Positions 1 to 9,484 of a stretch of 64,000 nt of DNA are shown here, in pieces. How positions within the stretch are numbered: position 1 is the stretch's first letter; every line of letters starts with the position of its first letter. A program made the translations under genes and the position numbers. The notes under the pieces were generated by a model, which saw only the letters and a program-made list of their open reading frames with translations, had not been told where the DNA came from and made no database searches. This DNA comes from Gammaproteobacteria bacterium (GTDB lineage Bacteria; Pseudomonadota; Gammaproteobacteria; Ga0077536), in assembly GCA_963662545.2 (NCBI GenBank), contig CAXXLL010000002.1, positions 1,248,001 through 1,312,000 on the forward strand, given 5' to 3'.

Positions 1-1
1 C

Positions 2-530
2 AATGAGCCGGAATCCACGACGTTTTACTTCATGCGTGACTTTCCGTTGCTCGAGGTCAACACGCGCGAATGTCATGCGGCGGAGGTCGGATCGGCCAAC
101 GGCATTGCGAATGGCCGCGCGCTGGCCGGCCTCTACGCGCCACTCGCCAATGGCGGTATGTGCGACGGTACCCGTCTCGTCGGGACGGACACGCTCGCGC
201 GCATGGCGAGAGTCAGCATGGCCTCGCATGACGACGCGACCCTCCTGATGCCAACGCGGTTCGGGCTCGGTTTCATGCGTGGGGTGGACAACCGGCGGGT
301 AGCAGCGACAGTCAATTCCAGCCTCTTGCTTCGGCGAGTCGGCGTTCGGCCATGTCGGCGCCGGCGGTTCGGTCGGGTTCGCCGATCCCGACTGCCGGAT
401 GAGTTTCGGCTACACCATGAACCGCATGGGCACGGGGTTGTTGATGAACGAGCGTGGGCAGTCCCTGATCGACGCCGCCTATTCCGCGCTCGGCTACCGC
501 TCGAACGCGAGCGGTGCCTGGCTGACGTAG
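2..530 (+). pseudogene. 3' part of beta-lactamase-family serine hydrolase (EstA-like), +1 frameshift near 330; 5' end outside window
   Basis: Frame of ORF 32..568 gives AEVGSANGIANGRALAGLYAPL...TRFGLGF. Shifting frame at ~331 gives GESAFGHVGAGGSVGFADPDCRMSFGYTMNRMG...WLT-TAG(528-530), the typical family C-terminus. Frameshift may be a sequencing error. Confidence 0.8.
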
Positions 531-579
531 AGGCACCGCTCCAACGCCTGACCCAATTTCCTTACTGAGACTTCGAGGC

Positions 580-648
580 GGAACGGCATCGCCTCCCGGT
601 GGGTCCCCTGGACTTCAAATTCGGTGGAACGCGCGAAGACGTGTTCGG
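580..648 (+). pseudogene. 5' two-thirds fragment of tRNA-Sec (degenerate copy)
   Basis: 59/69 nt identical by manual alignment to 19634-19702; keeps the CTTCAAA anticodon loop and variable arm; no T-arm or CCA end. Confidence 0.85.
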
Positions 649-669
649 GCTAAATTACGGCACGCTCCT

Positions 670-1905
670 TCATTCTCGCCGGAGCGCTTCGATGGGATTC
701 ATGTTGGACGCCTGTATGGCAGGATATAGACCGGAAAATATGCCGATCGCGCCTGAAAACAGAACCGCCCCGATGAGCGAGACAAGGTCGATCCTGACCT
801 GCCATCCGGTAATGCCTCCCACAATGTATGCGATCACGACGCCTAGTGCAGCGCCGGCAAAGCCCCCTACGATGGTGACCCCTGCTGCTTCGGCTAGAAA
901 CTGTCGGCGAATATCTTTCTTGCGGGCACCGACGGATATACGAATCCCGATTTCCCGCGTTCGCTCCACCACGGACACCAACATGATATTCATCACGCTG
1001 ATGCCGCCGACAACAAGCGAGACGGCGGCAACGCACGCCAACAAGATCGTCAAGGTTTTTGACGCTTCTTTGCGCGCAGACAAAGCCGCAGCCGGATCGC
1101 GAACGAGGAAATCGTTATCTCGGCCGTCCGGAATTCGATGCCTATCCTTCAGAACCCGCTCGACGGAATCCCGGATGTCCGTGAGGCTTACAGATTTCTC
1201 TCCTTTAATTAAAACGAATGCAACAGCCGCCCTATTGACCTGATGATACCCACCCACGAGCCGCGATTTAGCGCTCGACATCGGTACAATCATCACGTCG
1301 TCTTGATCGCCACCGACGACGGAGAAGCCTTTGGGCTCTAGGATCCCGATCACGCGGAAGGGCACGCTACGGACTCTAATTATCGTTTCGAGTATCGCGT
1401 GTTCGGGTGATAATCTTTCGGCTACCGTTTGCCCGATTACGGCGACCTTTGCAGAAGACGCTACCTCCGCGTCCGTAAAGTTGCGGCCCAGTCTGATATC
1501 CTAGTCGCGGACGGCGAGATAACCCGGTTGCGTGCCGGCCAGATTGGTTCGCCAGTTTCTATTGCCGTAAACGGTCCGAACTTTGCCTGTGACGCCTGCA
1601 ACTGCAACTCGAACACCGTAAACTTCTCTTTGAATTGCGGCCGAGTCGGCTTCCGTGAGCGTGTGCTGGCCGCCCGTACCAGAACTCAGGCCGTCAGTCA
1701 TTCGAGTATTTGGTACGACCATTAACATGTTCGATCCGAGGCGCGAAATCTCCGCGTCGATTTGGCTCCTCGCGCCTAAACCGAACGACACCATCGCGAC
1801 GATAGCGGCAACGCCGATGATGATCCCAAGCATTGTCAGGGTCGTGCGGAGCGAGTGTCTCCTCAATGATCCCAGGGCCAGTCCAAGGTGGTCGACAATA
1901 TTCAT
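670..1905 (-). pseudogene. MacB-like ABC transporter permease (FtsX/MacB-PCD) interrupted by in-frame TAG at 1501-1503
   Basis: ORFs 1501..1905 and 670..1365 are in one frame. The stretch between them reads *DIRLGRNFTDAEV..KVAVIGQTVAERL. Motifs RTTLTMLGIIIGVAA, GGISVMNIMLVSVVERTREIGIR and NPIEALRRE. Confidence 0.88.
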
Positions 1906-1965
1906 GAGGCTGCAAACGGCCTGGTCACAATATTGGTCCGTTCACGCACACAACGCCCACGTTAG

Positions 1966-2649
1966 TCATAGTCCCTCCTTATTTAAATAGCCGTCTTTCA
2001 ACACAATTCGCTCGTTTGCCCTACCTGCCACATCATCGCTGTGAGTTACGATGATCAAAGTCGTTCCCTGCTCATTCAGATCGCCAAGCAAACGCAAGAT
2101 CTCGTCGCCCGTAACGCTGTCGAGGGATCCGGTCGGTTCATCCGCGAGGATTACCTTGGGGTTGTTGACGATAGCGCGCGCGATGGCGACCCGCTGCTGT
2201 TCACCACCGGACAACTGCGACGGCATATGAGTCGCGCGATGGTCGAGGCCGACCTTCCTGAGCGCTTCGTCAGCGCGGTCTCGGCGATCTTTCGAGCTAG
2301 TACCTGAATAGAGCAGTGGTAATTCGACGTTTTCACGAGCGGAACTTCGCGAAAGCAGCTGAAATGATTGAAATACGAATCCGATCTCTAGATTGCGAAG
2401 CTTTGCAAGCTCGGTACTGGTCAGGGTGTCTAGATCGTGGCCACAGAAGCTGAGTGAACCGCCGAACTCCTTATCGAGAAATCCCATCAGATTGAGTAGT
2501 GTGGATTTTCCCGAGCCGGACGGTCCGGTGATTGCCGTGAATGCACCGGGACGGATAGTAAAAGAGACGTCTATCAATGCCGGAATAATCGCGGTGGATG
2601 GTCCGTATCCCTTGCTGAGACGATTAGCTCGATAAAGAACCTCGGACAC
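1966..2649 (-). CDS. ABC transporter ATP-binding protein (MacB/LolD-like)
   Basis: Walker [10 protein letters not shown], signature [14 protein letters not shown], Walker [20 protein letters not shown]. Confidence 0.95.
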   Translation of the reverse strand: MSEVLYRANRLSKGYGPSTAIIPALIDVSFTIRPGAFTAITGPSGSGKSTLLNLMGFLDKEFGGSLSFCGHDLDTLTSTELAKLRNLEIGFVFQSFQLLSRSSARENVELPLLYSGTSSKDRRDRADEALRKVGLDHRATHMPSQLSGGEQQRVAIARAIVNNPKVILADEPTGSLDSVTGDEILRLLGDLNEQGTTLIIVTHSDDVAGRANERIVLKDGYLNKEGL

Positions 2650-2675
2650 TTAAATGCCCCGCCCAGCACAGACCG

Positions 2676-3872
2676 CTAGTGGCGGTACCCAATGATAAGC
2701 TTGTCTCCAGGCGCCAGGCTGCCGGCCAAAACTTCCGTGAATTCACCGTTGGAGTAGCCGATTTCGAGGTTTCGTTGTTCCGGCTCGCCATCGATGCCGA
2801 TTGCCCAAACGGTCACCTTCGCAGAACCTTCCGGTCGCGCCTGGGCAGTACTAGGTTTGCTCATACCCGTCGGCATCTCGAACCGCAATGCCGCGTTCGG
2901 AATCTGGAGTACTTTACGATCTGCCGCGCTGATAATCTCAACCACGGCCGTCATGCCGGGGAGCATGAGCTCGTCCGGATTTTGCGCATCAATCACTACC
3001 GTATAGGTCACCACGTTTTGCACTATTTCCGGCGCCTTGCGTATTTGGCTTACGCGTCCCTCGAAACTTCGTTCTGGGTAAGCATCAACACGAAACACGA
3101 CGGACTGACCGGCGCGGATCTTACCGATGTCTGCCTCATCCACGCTGGCGTGGACTTCGATGAGTTTGAGGTCATGGGCAATGACAAACAGCTCCGGCGC
3201 TTCCAGGCTGGCCGCGACCGTCTGCCCTGGTTCAATGCTCCGCTTTATTACGATGCCGTCGATCGGCGCACGAATCACGGTCCGCTCGAGATCGATTTCA
3301 GCCTGCCTTAGAGACGCCCGTGCCACAGAAATGGCGGCTCGCTTAGTCTGGAGCTGCGCTTGCGACGACAAGACGGCGCTACGACTTTGCCGCTTTCGCG
3401 TGCGCGCCTCGTCCAATAAACTTATCGAGATACTGCCCTTTTCGAACAGCGCCTCCTTTCGAGCAAGGTCACGCTCCGCTTCTTCAAATTCCGCTTCTAC
3501 GCCTTTAAGCGCTGCGGTAGCCGACGCCGCTTCGGCGTTTGCCACCGCAAGCGCCGCGTTCAGTTCCTCGACACGCGAGGCAAACCGTTGGCGATCCAGG
3601 GTGGCAAGCGGTTGTCCATCGGTAACCAGGTCATTGAAGTCGACCGAAACTTGATCGATCCGCCCCGATAGCTGCGAGCTGACTTCGACACTGGTTACCG
3701 TCTGGATGGTGCCGGTCGCTAATACTGAATCCGTCAGGGGGGCTATGCTCGCCTCGGCAGTGGCGAAGACCGGGTCATATCCATCAGGTTTTGAACAGCT
3801 CTGTAATGCCAATAAGGGAAACAGGAAATAGCATGCCCGAATACGTGGTTTTATAAGCGTACGAAGAGTCAA
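2676..3872 (-). CDS. MacA-like periplasmic adaptor (membrane fusion protein)
   Basis: ATGTIQ..VEVSSQLSGRI, coiled coil, IRAPIDGIV, VDEADIGKI..GQ.V.F.VDAYP, LLPGMTA-like motif; adjacent to the ABC ATPase. Confidence 0.93.
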   Translation of the reverse strand: MTLRTLIKPRIRACYFLFPLLALQSCSKPDGYDPVFATAEASIAPLTDSVLATGTIQTVTSVEVSSQLSGRIDQVSVDFNDLVTDGQPLATLDRQRFASRVEELNAALAVANAEAASATAALKGVEAEFEEAERDLARKEALFEKGSISISLLDEARTRKRQSRSAVLSSQAQLQTKRAAISVARASLRQAEIDLERTVIRAPIDGIVIKRSIEPGQTVAASLEAPELFVIAHDLKLIEVHASVDEADIGKIRAGQSVVFRVDAYPERSFEGRVSQIRKAPEIVQNVVTYTVVIDAQNPDELMLPGMTAVVEIISAADRKVLQIPNAALRFEMPTGMSKPSTAQARPEGSAKVTVWAIGIDGEPEQRNLEIGYSNGEFTEVLAGSLAPGDKLIIGYRH

Positions 3873-4307
3873 CAGCGGCTTCGCGCTCTATTTCGTTTCG
3901 GAATCCGCACAAATCGCCCGGACCTTGGACGCTATCCTAAAGCAAAATTGCGTTCCGATTCTTCCAGGCGCCGTCGCGATCCATCACTTGGGTGGCATGG
4001 CTGATGGATCTCAGAGATTGCGCTACTCTCAAGATAATAATCGCGACTCGCGCGGCGCGCTGTCAACGCAGCAATTAACCACCGCGATACCTTGGAAATG
4101 AGGTCGAAACGTGCAATTGCTCAGACCAAAATATTCATGCCTCCACAAGATTTGGGGAGCTTGGGCGTCTCTACGAGCAGGACTGTCTTTCGTTCTTGCT
4201 GAGATCTTTACGGCCGCACAGAACGCAGCGATCGAGAGGTTATGGGAACGGATGGAAAAGAATGGCTCCCGAAGGAGCCATTCTCTACGAGTCATCTTTG
4301 CAGTCTA

Positions 4308-4673
4308 TTAATGCGTCCTATCCGGTATACCAAAATCGGCAAATGCCTCTTCGCAGCCAAAGCCGGGGGGCGAGGCCACCGTGTCCAGCGCGAAGAACAA
4401 GCTTATCGCCGGCGTCGCACCCGGCCCGTCACCAGGAAAAAATGCCGGGTTCTGCCAGAACGTACCCAGACCCTTCTCACCAATCGAGACTAGAAATGGG
4501 TGGAGGCCGCTATTTATAAACCCTAATCCATGTCCCTGGCAGGTCGGGTGTTCAGCAGCGTTTGAGGAACCCTTGCCCGCTCCCGGGGTCCCAGCCTTGC
4601 CACCAGCGATTGCACTTCCAGCAAAGAACATGGCGCCGACGAGCGTCAATACTGCGATTAATTTATTAGTCAT
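4308..4673 (-). CDS. Small secreted hypothetical protein (121 aa)
   Basis: ATG at 4673 preceded by AGGGAG; signal peptide MTNKLIAVLTLVGAMFFAGSAIA; Gly/Pro/Phe-rich mature part with two Cys. Confidence 0.7.
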   Translation of the reverse strand: MTNKLIAVLTLVGAMFFAGSAIAGGKAGTPGAGKGSSNAAEHPTCQGHGLGFINSGLHPFLVSIGEKGLGTFWQNPAFFPGDGPGATPAISLFFALDTVASPPGFGCEEAFADFGIPDRTH

Positions 4674-4839
4674 TACACACTCCCTATGGGTGAATAAAGG
4701 AACAAGCCAATGAGACCAGTTTTCTGATTCACTAAGGGTGAGTTCCTCATTCCCCGATATTCGTTCACACATTGATTGCCTGGCCGTCGGGTACGAAGGC
4801 AGGGACTGCTGCCAGGTGCTGTAGCTCGTTGATTCCGTG

Positions 4840-4905
4840 GGACTTCAAATCCGGTGGAACACGCGAAGGCGTATGCAGTGGGTTCGACTCTCAGTTCTTT
4901 CGCCA
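4840..4905 (+). pseudogene. 3' two-thirds fragment of tRNA-Sec (degenerate copy, att-like)
   Basis: 55/66 nt identical and gap-free versus 19664-19729; contains CTTCAAA, GTTCGACTC and ends TCTTTCGCCA. Confidence 0.88.
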
Positions 4906-5096
4906 AATCCCTGAGAGCTGATTCTTGAGACTCTAAGCTCCTCCCGCGAGACACACCTTGGCGGGAGATCCACCGATCTTTCCACCTCACGTAGCAGTAA
5001 TTGACTACTGAGCGGCCCTACGTCCGGGTTGTTCATAACCGCTCCGCACCATGACCGCTGAGTCGGTCTGGGCCGCTCCGCCGAGTGACTGCCGGC

Positions 5097-5128
5097 TTGA
5101 CCCTGAAGTACACTTCAAGGTCTATTCT
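5097..5128 (+). promoter_or_regulatory. MerR-family (ZntR/CadR-type) promoter-operator
   Basis: TTGACC (5097-5102), 20-bp spacer and TATTCT (5123-5128), overlaid by the dyad ACCCTGAAGT-AC-ACTTCAAGGT; long spacer plus dyad is the MerR hallmark. Confidence 0.85.
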
Positions 5129-5147
5129 GTCATCGGAGATGAAAATC

Positions 5148-5573
5148 ATGACTTATCTCAACATCGGTCAAATCGCTAAACGTACGGGTGTGACGGTCGA
5201 GGCGATCCGATTCTATGAAAAACAGGCGCTTCTTCCCGAGCCCCGGCGTAGTGCGTCGGGTTACCGACAATATCTCCCAGAGACAGCGAAACGCGTGCGG
5301 TTCATCCAGCGCGCCAAGGAACTCGGATTTTCGCTGAAAGAAGTCAATGCACTTCTATCATTACGCGATACACAGGATGGCTCCTGTGCCGATGTGAAGG
5401 TTCAGGCGTTGCAGAAAGTATCCGAGATTGAGCAAAAAATACGTGACCTAAATCGAATCCGCGACGCTCTAACGGAATTAGCGGAGAAATGCGGTGGCAG
5501 GGGCGATCTCAGTGAGTGCCCAATCTTGGACGCGCTCGATGAGATTGAGGATTTTGCCGATGGTTCGAGTTGA
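5148..5573 (+). CDS. Heavy-metal-responsive MerR-family transcriptional regulator
   Basis: IGQIAKRTGVTVEAIRFYEKQ..L.P.R..SGYRQY; RFIQRAKELGFSLKEV; three Cys (SCADV, KCGG, ECPIL); GGAG RBS before ATG 5148. Confidence 0.93.
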   Translation: MTYLNIGQIAKRTGVTVEAIRFYEKQALLPEPRRSASGYRQYLPETAKRVRFIQRAKELGFSLKEVNALLSLRDTQDGSCADVKVQALQKVSEIEQKIRDLNRIRDALTELAEKCGGRGDLSECPILDALDEIEDFADGSS

Positions 5574-5758
5574 ACGGATCTACGAACGCACTTGCGCCAA
5601 TACCGGAGCCGCTAGGAATCAACGATTACAAGTTATGGCCGCATACCCGGCGTCAATCAGATTGCCTTGGCGTCGGATTATTGATCGGCGCATCACTTTG
5701 GAATACGTGGTCGCGACGCCTCAAACACGGAATTGTCAACTGAATTAGGAGAAAAGTG

Positions 5759-6031
5759 ATGAGTGAGAAACGGCAGATTGAAATATTCAGCGCGGGCTGC
5801 TCGATTTGCAAGCACACCATTGATCTTGTCAACGAGATCACTTGTCCCTCCTGCGAGGTCACGGTGCTTGATATGCAAGACAAGTCGATTGCCGATCGCG
5901 CACGCGACCTCGGCATCAAATCGATTCCTGCGGTAGTAATCGACGGCAAGGTGGCCGATTGTTGTGCGGGACGTGGCGTGAATGCCGATACATTACGCGC
6001 CGCCGGCATTGGTCAGCCGCTTGGCGATTAA
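5759..6031 (+). CDS. Small thioredoxin/glutaredoxin-like protein (CxxC, CxxC, CC)
   Basis: IEIFSAGCSIC...CPSC...GIKSIPAVVIDGK..DCC; TAGGAG RBS. Confidence 0.85.
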   Translation: MSEKRQIEIFSAGCSICKHTIDLVNEITCPSCEVTVLDMQDKSIADRARDLGIKSIPAVVIDGKVADCCAGRGVNADTLRAAGIGQPLGD

Positions 6032-6136
6032 GGTCGCGCGAATCGATCTTTGCGTGCCAGCTTAAAGCTTTTGCCAAGTGGCTACGTAGGAAAATGACAG
6101 GCGATAAATCCCGATAGCAAGCGTTAAGAAAATTCG

Positions 6137-6349
6137 ATGTCTGAGCTCATCTTGCAATCGACGATCACGTGCCCGACGTGTGGGCATAAAAAGGAGGAAA
6201 CCATGCCGACCGATTCCTGTACGCGGTTCTTCCAGTGTGAGTCATGCGAATCATTACTGAAACCGTTCCCCGGCGACTGTTGTGTTTTCTGTTCTTATGG
6301 CTCTGTTAAATGTCCGCCGATTCAGGCCGGAGATTCTTGGGGTGCCTGA
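6137..6349 (+). CDS. GDCCVxC-family Cys-rich small protein
   Basis: STITCPTCGH...MPTDSC..FQCESC..LKP.PGDCCVFCSYGSVKCPPIQ, a recognisable metal-resistance-operon family. Confidence 0.88.
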   Translation: MSELILQSTITCPTCGHKKEETMPTDSCTRFFQCESCESLLKPFPGDCCVFCSYGSVKCPPIQAGDSWGA

Positions 6350-6719
6350 TAATTCGAGTGCGCCTAATGATTTAGTGCTTTCCAGGGCTTCTTGGTTTTT
6401 GTGGGGTATCCCCATGGCCTTGGGCGTTTCCGCAATATTTTGGTCGCTTGGGCGACCGTATTTGCTAGCCGTCGCATTTACGTGGGCGGGCTTAGCCTGT
6501 GTCGTGAACGCAAAACGCTGCGGACGCTTCCACTGTCACCTTACGGGTCCGCTATATCTGGGCCTCGGTTTGGTGTCTGGGTTAACGGGTCTGGGGATAT
6601 TGAACACCGACTGGAACTGGATCGGGCTGATATTCGCGATGGGAACCTTTATTGCTTACTTGCCGGAGTTTATCGGCTGGCGATACGTTCGGCGCCGATC
6701 GAGCGACGGTGCAGCCTAA
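6342..6719 (+). CDS. Small multi-pass membrane protein with Cys/His motif (putative metal transporter)
   Basis: GTG 6342 overlaps the previous stop; about four hydrophobic segments; ACVVNAKRCGRFHCHLTGP motif. Confidence 0.75.
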   Translation: MPDNSSAPNDLVLSRASWFLWGIPMALGVSAIFWSLGRPYLLAVAFTWAGLACVVNAKRCGRFHCHLTGPLYLGLGLVSGLTGLGILNTDWNWIGLIFAMGTFIAYLPEFIGWRYVRRRSSDGAA

Positions 6720-6797
6720 GAGCCTGCTCTGTCTAGGGGTGTGACTGGACCTGCGTATAAACGAAGACCCCATGTTCACGAATCACGAAGCATTCTG

Positions 6798-8273
6798 TCA
6801 GCCGATTACTTTAACTTCGTAGTCCTCCGCGCCGGCCTCCATCGTACGCTCGGTGAATGCATCCATGGAATGCGGCCACTGGGTCACCAGCCGTCCTGAA
6901 CTCGCGCGATAGTAGAAGTCGTTACCGCACTCGGCCTGCCACACGTCGACGGTGTTGATGTCTTTCTGGATCTGCTCATTGAAAGCAGCCATGACCGTAG
7001 GGCGAAGGTCAATCCAGACAATATTTTCATCGTCCATGCGTTTGAGTTGGCGCGTAATGTATTCGACCTGCCGCTCCAGCATGAAAAGAATGCAACCTTG
7101 ATTGGTGTTGGGTCCGTAGAGCATGAAGAGGTTCGGAAATCCGCTCGTCGTCATCCCGTAATACGCTTGAGCACCATCGCTCCAGGCGTCCTCGAGGCGC
7201 CGGCCGTTACGTCCGGTTACATCGAGAGCGGTAAGGTAAGTCGTGGTTTCGAATCCGGTCGAGTAGATGATGGTGTCGACTTCGCGGGCTTCACCATCGG
7301 CTGTGACGATCGAATTGGCCGTGATGCGTTCGATGTTTTCGGTCAGGAGTTCGACGTTGTCGCGATTGAACACCGGATAATAAACATCGGAAAACAACGG
7401 GCGCTTACAGCCAAAGGGATGATTGGGCGTCAGCTTTCGGCGCACATCGGGGTCTTTTACAACTTCAATCCGTTCCAGTCCCGCCTTCTCAATTTCGGCC
7501 AATACTGCCTTGTCCTTAAACGTGCACAGCGTGTTCCACGTTTTAAAGATTTCTTCGCGACTTTCCATCACGGCATCCGGGTTTTGACGAAAGTGCTGCC
7601 GCTCCTTTTTCGTATAAGGCGTATTAGGCTTGGGCACTACCCAGTTCGCCGTGCGCTGATAAAGGTGCAGTTGTCCGACGATAGGCGCGATCTCCGGAAC
7701 GAACTGGATCGCGCTCGCCGCGATACCGATAACGCCGACGCGCTCACCGTTGAGATCATGATCGTGATTCCAGCGCGCTGAATGAAAACACGTGCCTTCG
7801 AATTCATCGACGCCGGGTATGGCCGGCATGACCAGTTTATTGAACATACCGAGAGCACTGATGACACATTGAGCTTCGAGCTGCTCTCCCGATTCGGTGG
7901 TCAGGCGCCAGTGTTCCTGGTCATCGCGCCAGTGTGCGGCGGTAACCGCGGTATTGAAGCGGACATGAGCCCGTACTCCATACTTATCCGCGCAGTCATT
8001 GAGATAGATGAGGATCTCTTCCTGCCCCGCGAACGGCCGCGACCAATCATTTTTCTGCTCGAACGAAAACGAATAGAGATGGGATTGAACATCGCAACCG
8101 GCCCCCGGATAACGATTCCAGTACCACGTGCCGCCGATATCGTCCGCTTTCTCCAGAATCACGAAATCCTCGATACCGGCATTTTTCAGGCTGATCCCCA
8201 TACAGATGCCGGCCGATCCCGCTCCGATGATGATCAAGCGATGTCGATTGCTCTGCGCCACCTTGCCCTCCAC
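6798..8273 (-). CDS. Baeyer-Villiger / flavin-containing monooxygenase
   Basis: IIGAGSAG, GGTWYWNRYPGAGCD, BVMO fingerprint FEGTCFHSARWNHD, FPNLFMLYGPNT. Confidence 0.93.
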   Translation of the reverse strand: MEGKVAQSNRHRLIIIGAGSAGICMGISLKNAGIEDFVILEKADDIGGTWYWNRYPGAGCDVQSHLYSFSFEQKNDWSRPFAGQEEILIYLNDCADKYGVRAHVRFNTAVTAAHWRDDQEHWRLTTESGEQLEAQCVISALGMFNKLVMPAIPGVDEFEGTCFHSARWNHDHDLNGERVGVIGIAASAIQFVPEIAPIVGQLHLYQRTANWVVPKPNTPYTKKERQHFRQNPDAVMESREEIFKTWNTLCTFKDKAVLAEIEKAGLERIEVVKDPDVRRKLTPNHPFGCKRPLFSDVYYPVFNRDNVELLTENIERITANSIVTADGEAREVDTIIYSTGFETTTYLTALDVTGRNGRRLEDAWSDGAQAYYGMTTSGFPNLFMLYGPNTNQGCILFMLERQVEYITRQLKRMDDENIVWIDLRPTVMAAFNEQIQKDINTVDVWQAECGNDFYYRASSGRLVTQWPHSMDAFTERTMEAGAEDYEVKVIG

Positions 8274-8470
8274 CCTGCGTATTTGCGTTTCCGTAACTGC
8301 GACAACGCAACTATAAATAACTGTCGGCCTGATTGCACCATCGAAGCTTAGAATTAGCGGGGCTAGACGATGCCGGAGTCGGGCACCGTACTATATGGCG
8401 AGCCTGAGCGCGAAGATTTTGGGGTGACAAGACTAAGCACGAAGGACACGGCGAACACCAAGAAAATAGA

Positions 8471-8546
8471 TTAACCACAGAGATCACAGAGCTTATCTAT
8501 TAAATATTGGGTATTTCTCTGTGCACTCTGTGATCTCTGTGGTTAA
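8471..8546. repeat. CACAGAG-type palindromic element
   Basis: Perfect 21-bp inverted repeat TTAACCACAGAGATCACAGAG / CTCTGTGATCTCTGTGGTTAA around an AT-rich core, plus an extra CTCTGTG unit. Confidence 0.85.
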
Positions 8547-8684
8547 AAATCCCTAACAAAATTCTTACCAGAGTCGCCGCCGAGTTCTTCCATTGCCCGG
8601 TTTTTGTATGATGGGAATGAAATCGTTCTGCCTTTCGGCGCCGCCCGGAACGGTCGGCTTAGCGCTGAGGCGAGGGGAGCATTC

Positions 8685-8999
8685 ATGCTGTTGACGACAT
8701 TGGAATCGGTGCCCGGGAAGACCATCGCGAAGCATTTCGGACTGGTCCAGGGCAGCTCGGTGCGCGCGAAGCACGTCGGGCGGGACATGATGGCGGGGCT
8801 GAAGAACATTTTCGGCGGCGAGTTAAAGGGCTACACGGAGCTGCTACAGGAGTCCCGGGCCGAGGCCTTGGAGCGCCTGCAGCAACAAGCCGAGGCCGCG
8901 GGGGCTAATGCGATACTGAATATCCGCTTTTCCACCTCGTCGGTGGCCCAAGGGGCGGCGGAGATGCTTGCCTACGGGACCGCGGTCGTCTTGGAGTAG
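8685..8999 (+). CDS. YbjQ/UPF0145 family protein
   Basis: MLLTTLESVPGK..GLVQG..VRAKHVGRD..AGLKNIFGGELKGY..AYGTAV; GGGGAG RBS. Confidence 0.93.
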   Translation: MLLTTLESVPGKTIAKHFGLVQGSSVRAKHVGRDMMAGLKNIFGGELKGYTELLQESRAEALERLQQQAEAAGANAILNIRFSTSSVAQGAAEMLAYGTAVVLE

Positions 9000-9005
9000 C
9001 GGGCG

Positions 9006-9446
9006 ATGGAACTTCTCATATTTCTGACCCTGCTGATCCTGGGCTACATCACGGGCCGAATTGCGGAACATCGCCATTACCGGTCGATACTGGAGCGTGA
9101 AGACACGCTCCGGGGGATCCCGGCCATCGCCTCCAAGGTGTTGCCTACGGATTTCCGCGGTGACACGCGTCTGGTGACCGGCAGCGTGGTGGTTTCGGTC
9201 GATTATTTCAAACGCTTCGTGGCAGGGTTGCGCAATCTGGTGGGCGGGCGGATCACCACTTATGAGACGCTGCTGGATCGCGCTCGCCGCGAAGCCGTCC
9301 TGCGTATGAAGGCCGAGGCGAATTCACAGGGTGCGACCATGGTATTCAACGTCAAGCTCGAGACGGCTTCCATCTCCAAGGGCCGGCGGAACGCCATCGG
9401 ATCCGTGGAAGTGCTCGCTTACGGCACGGCCTTGATTCCGGGCTGA
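9006..9446 (+). CDS. YbjQ-family protein with N-terminal membrane anchor
   Basis: N-terminal TM, then LVTGSVVVSVDYFKRFVAGLRNLVGGRI..YETLLDRARREAVLRM..EVLAYGTA. Confidence 0.9.
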   Translation: MELLIFLTLLILGYITGRIAEHRHYRSILEREDTLRGIPAIASKVLPTDFRGDTRLVTGSVVVSVDYFKRFVAGLRNLVGGRITTYETLLDRARREAVLRMKAEANSQGATMVFNVKLETASISKGRRNAIGSVEVLAYGTALIPG

Positions 9447-9484
9447 AGGCCGCAACCCACGGAACCAATCAAGAGCGCCGCGCG

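Noticed and set aside
3880-4300. Short ORFs or IS remnant between macA and the secreted protein
   Set aside because: No transposase motifs, terminal repeats or convincing coding signal.
6347-6352. TGA-TAA at the end of the GDCCVxC gene as a selenocysteine codon
   Set aside because: Sec would be the last residue, the family Cys motif is already all Cys, and no convincing SECIS hairpin is seen; the downstream DNA is the next gene.
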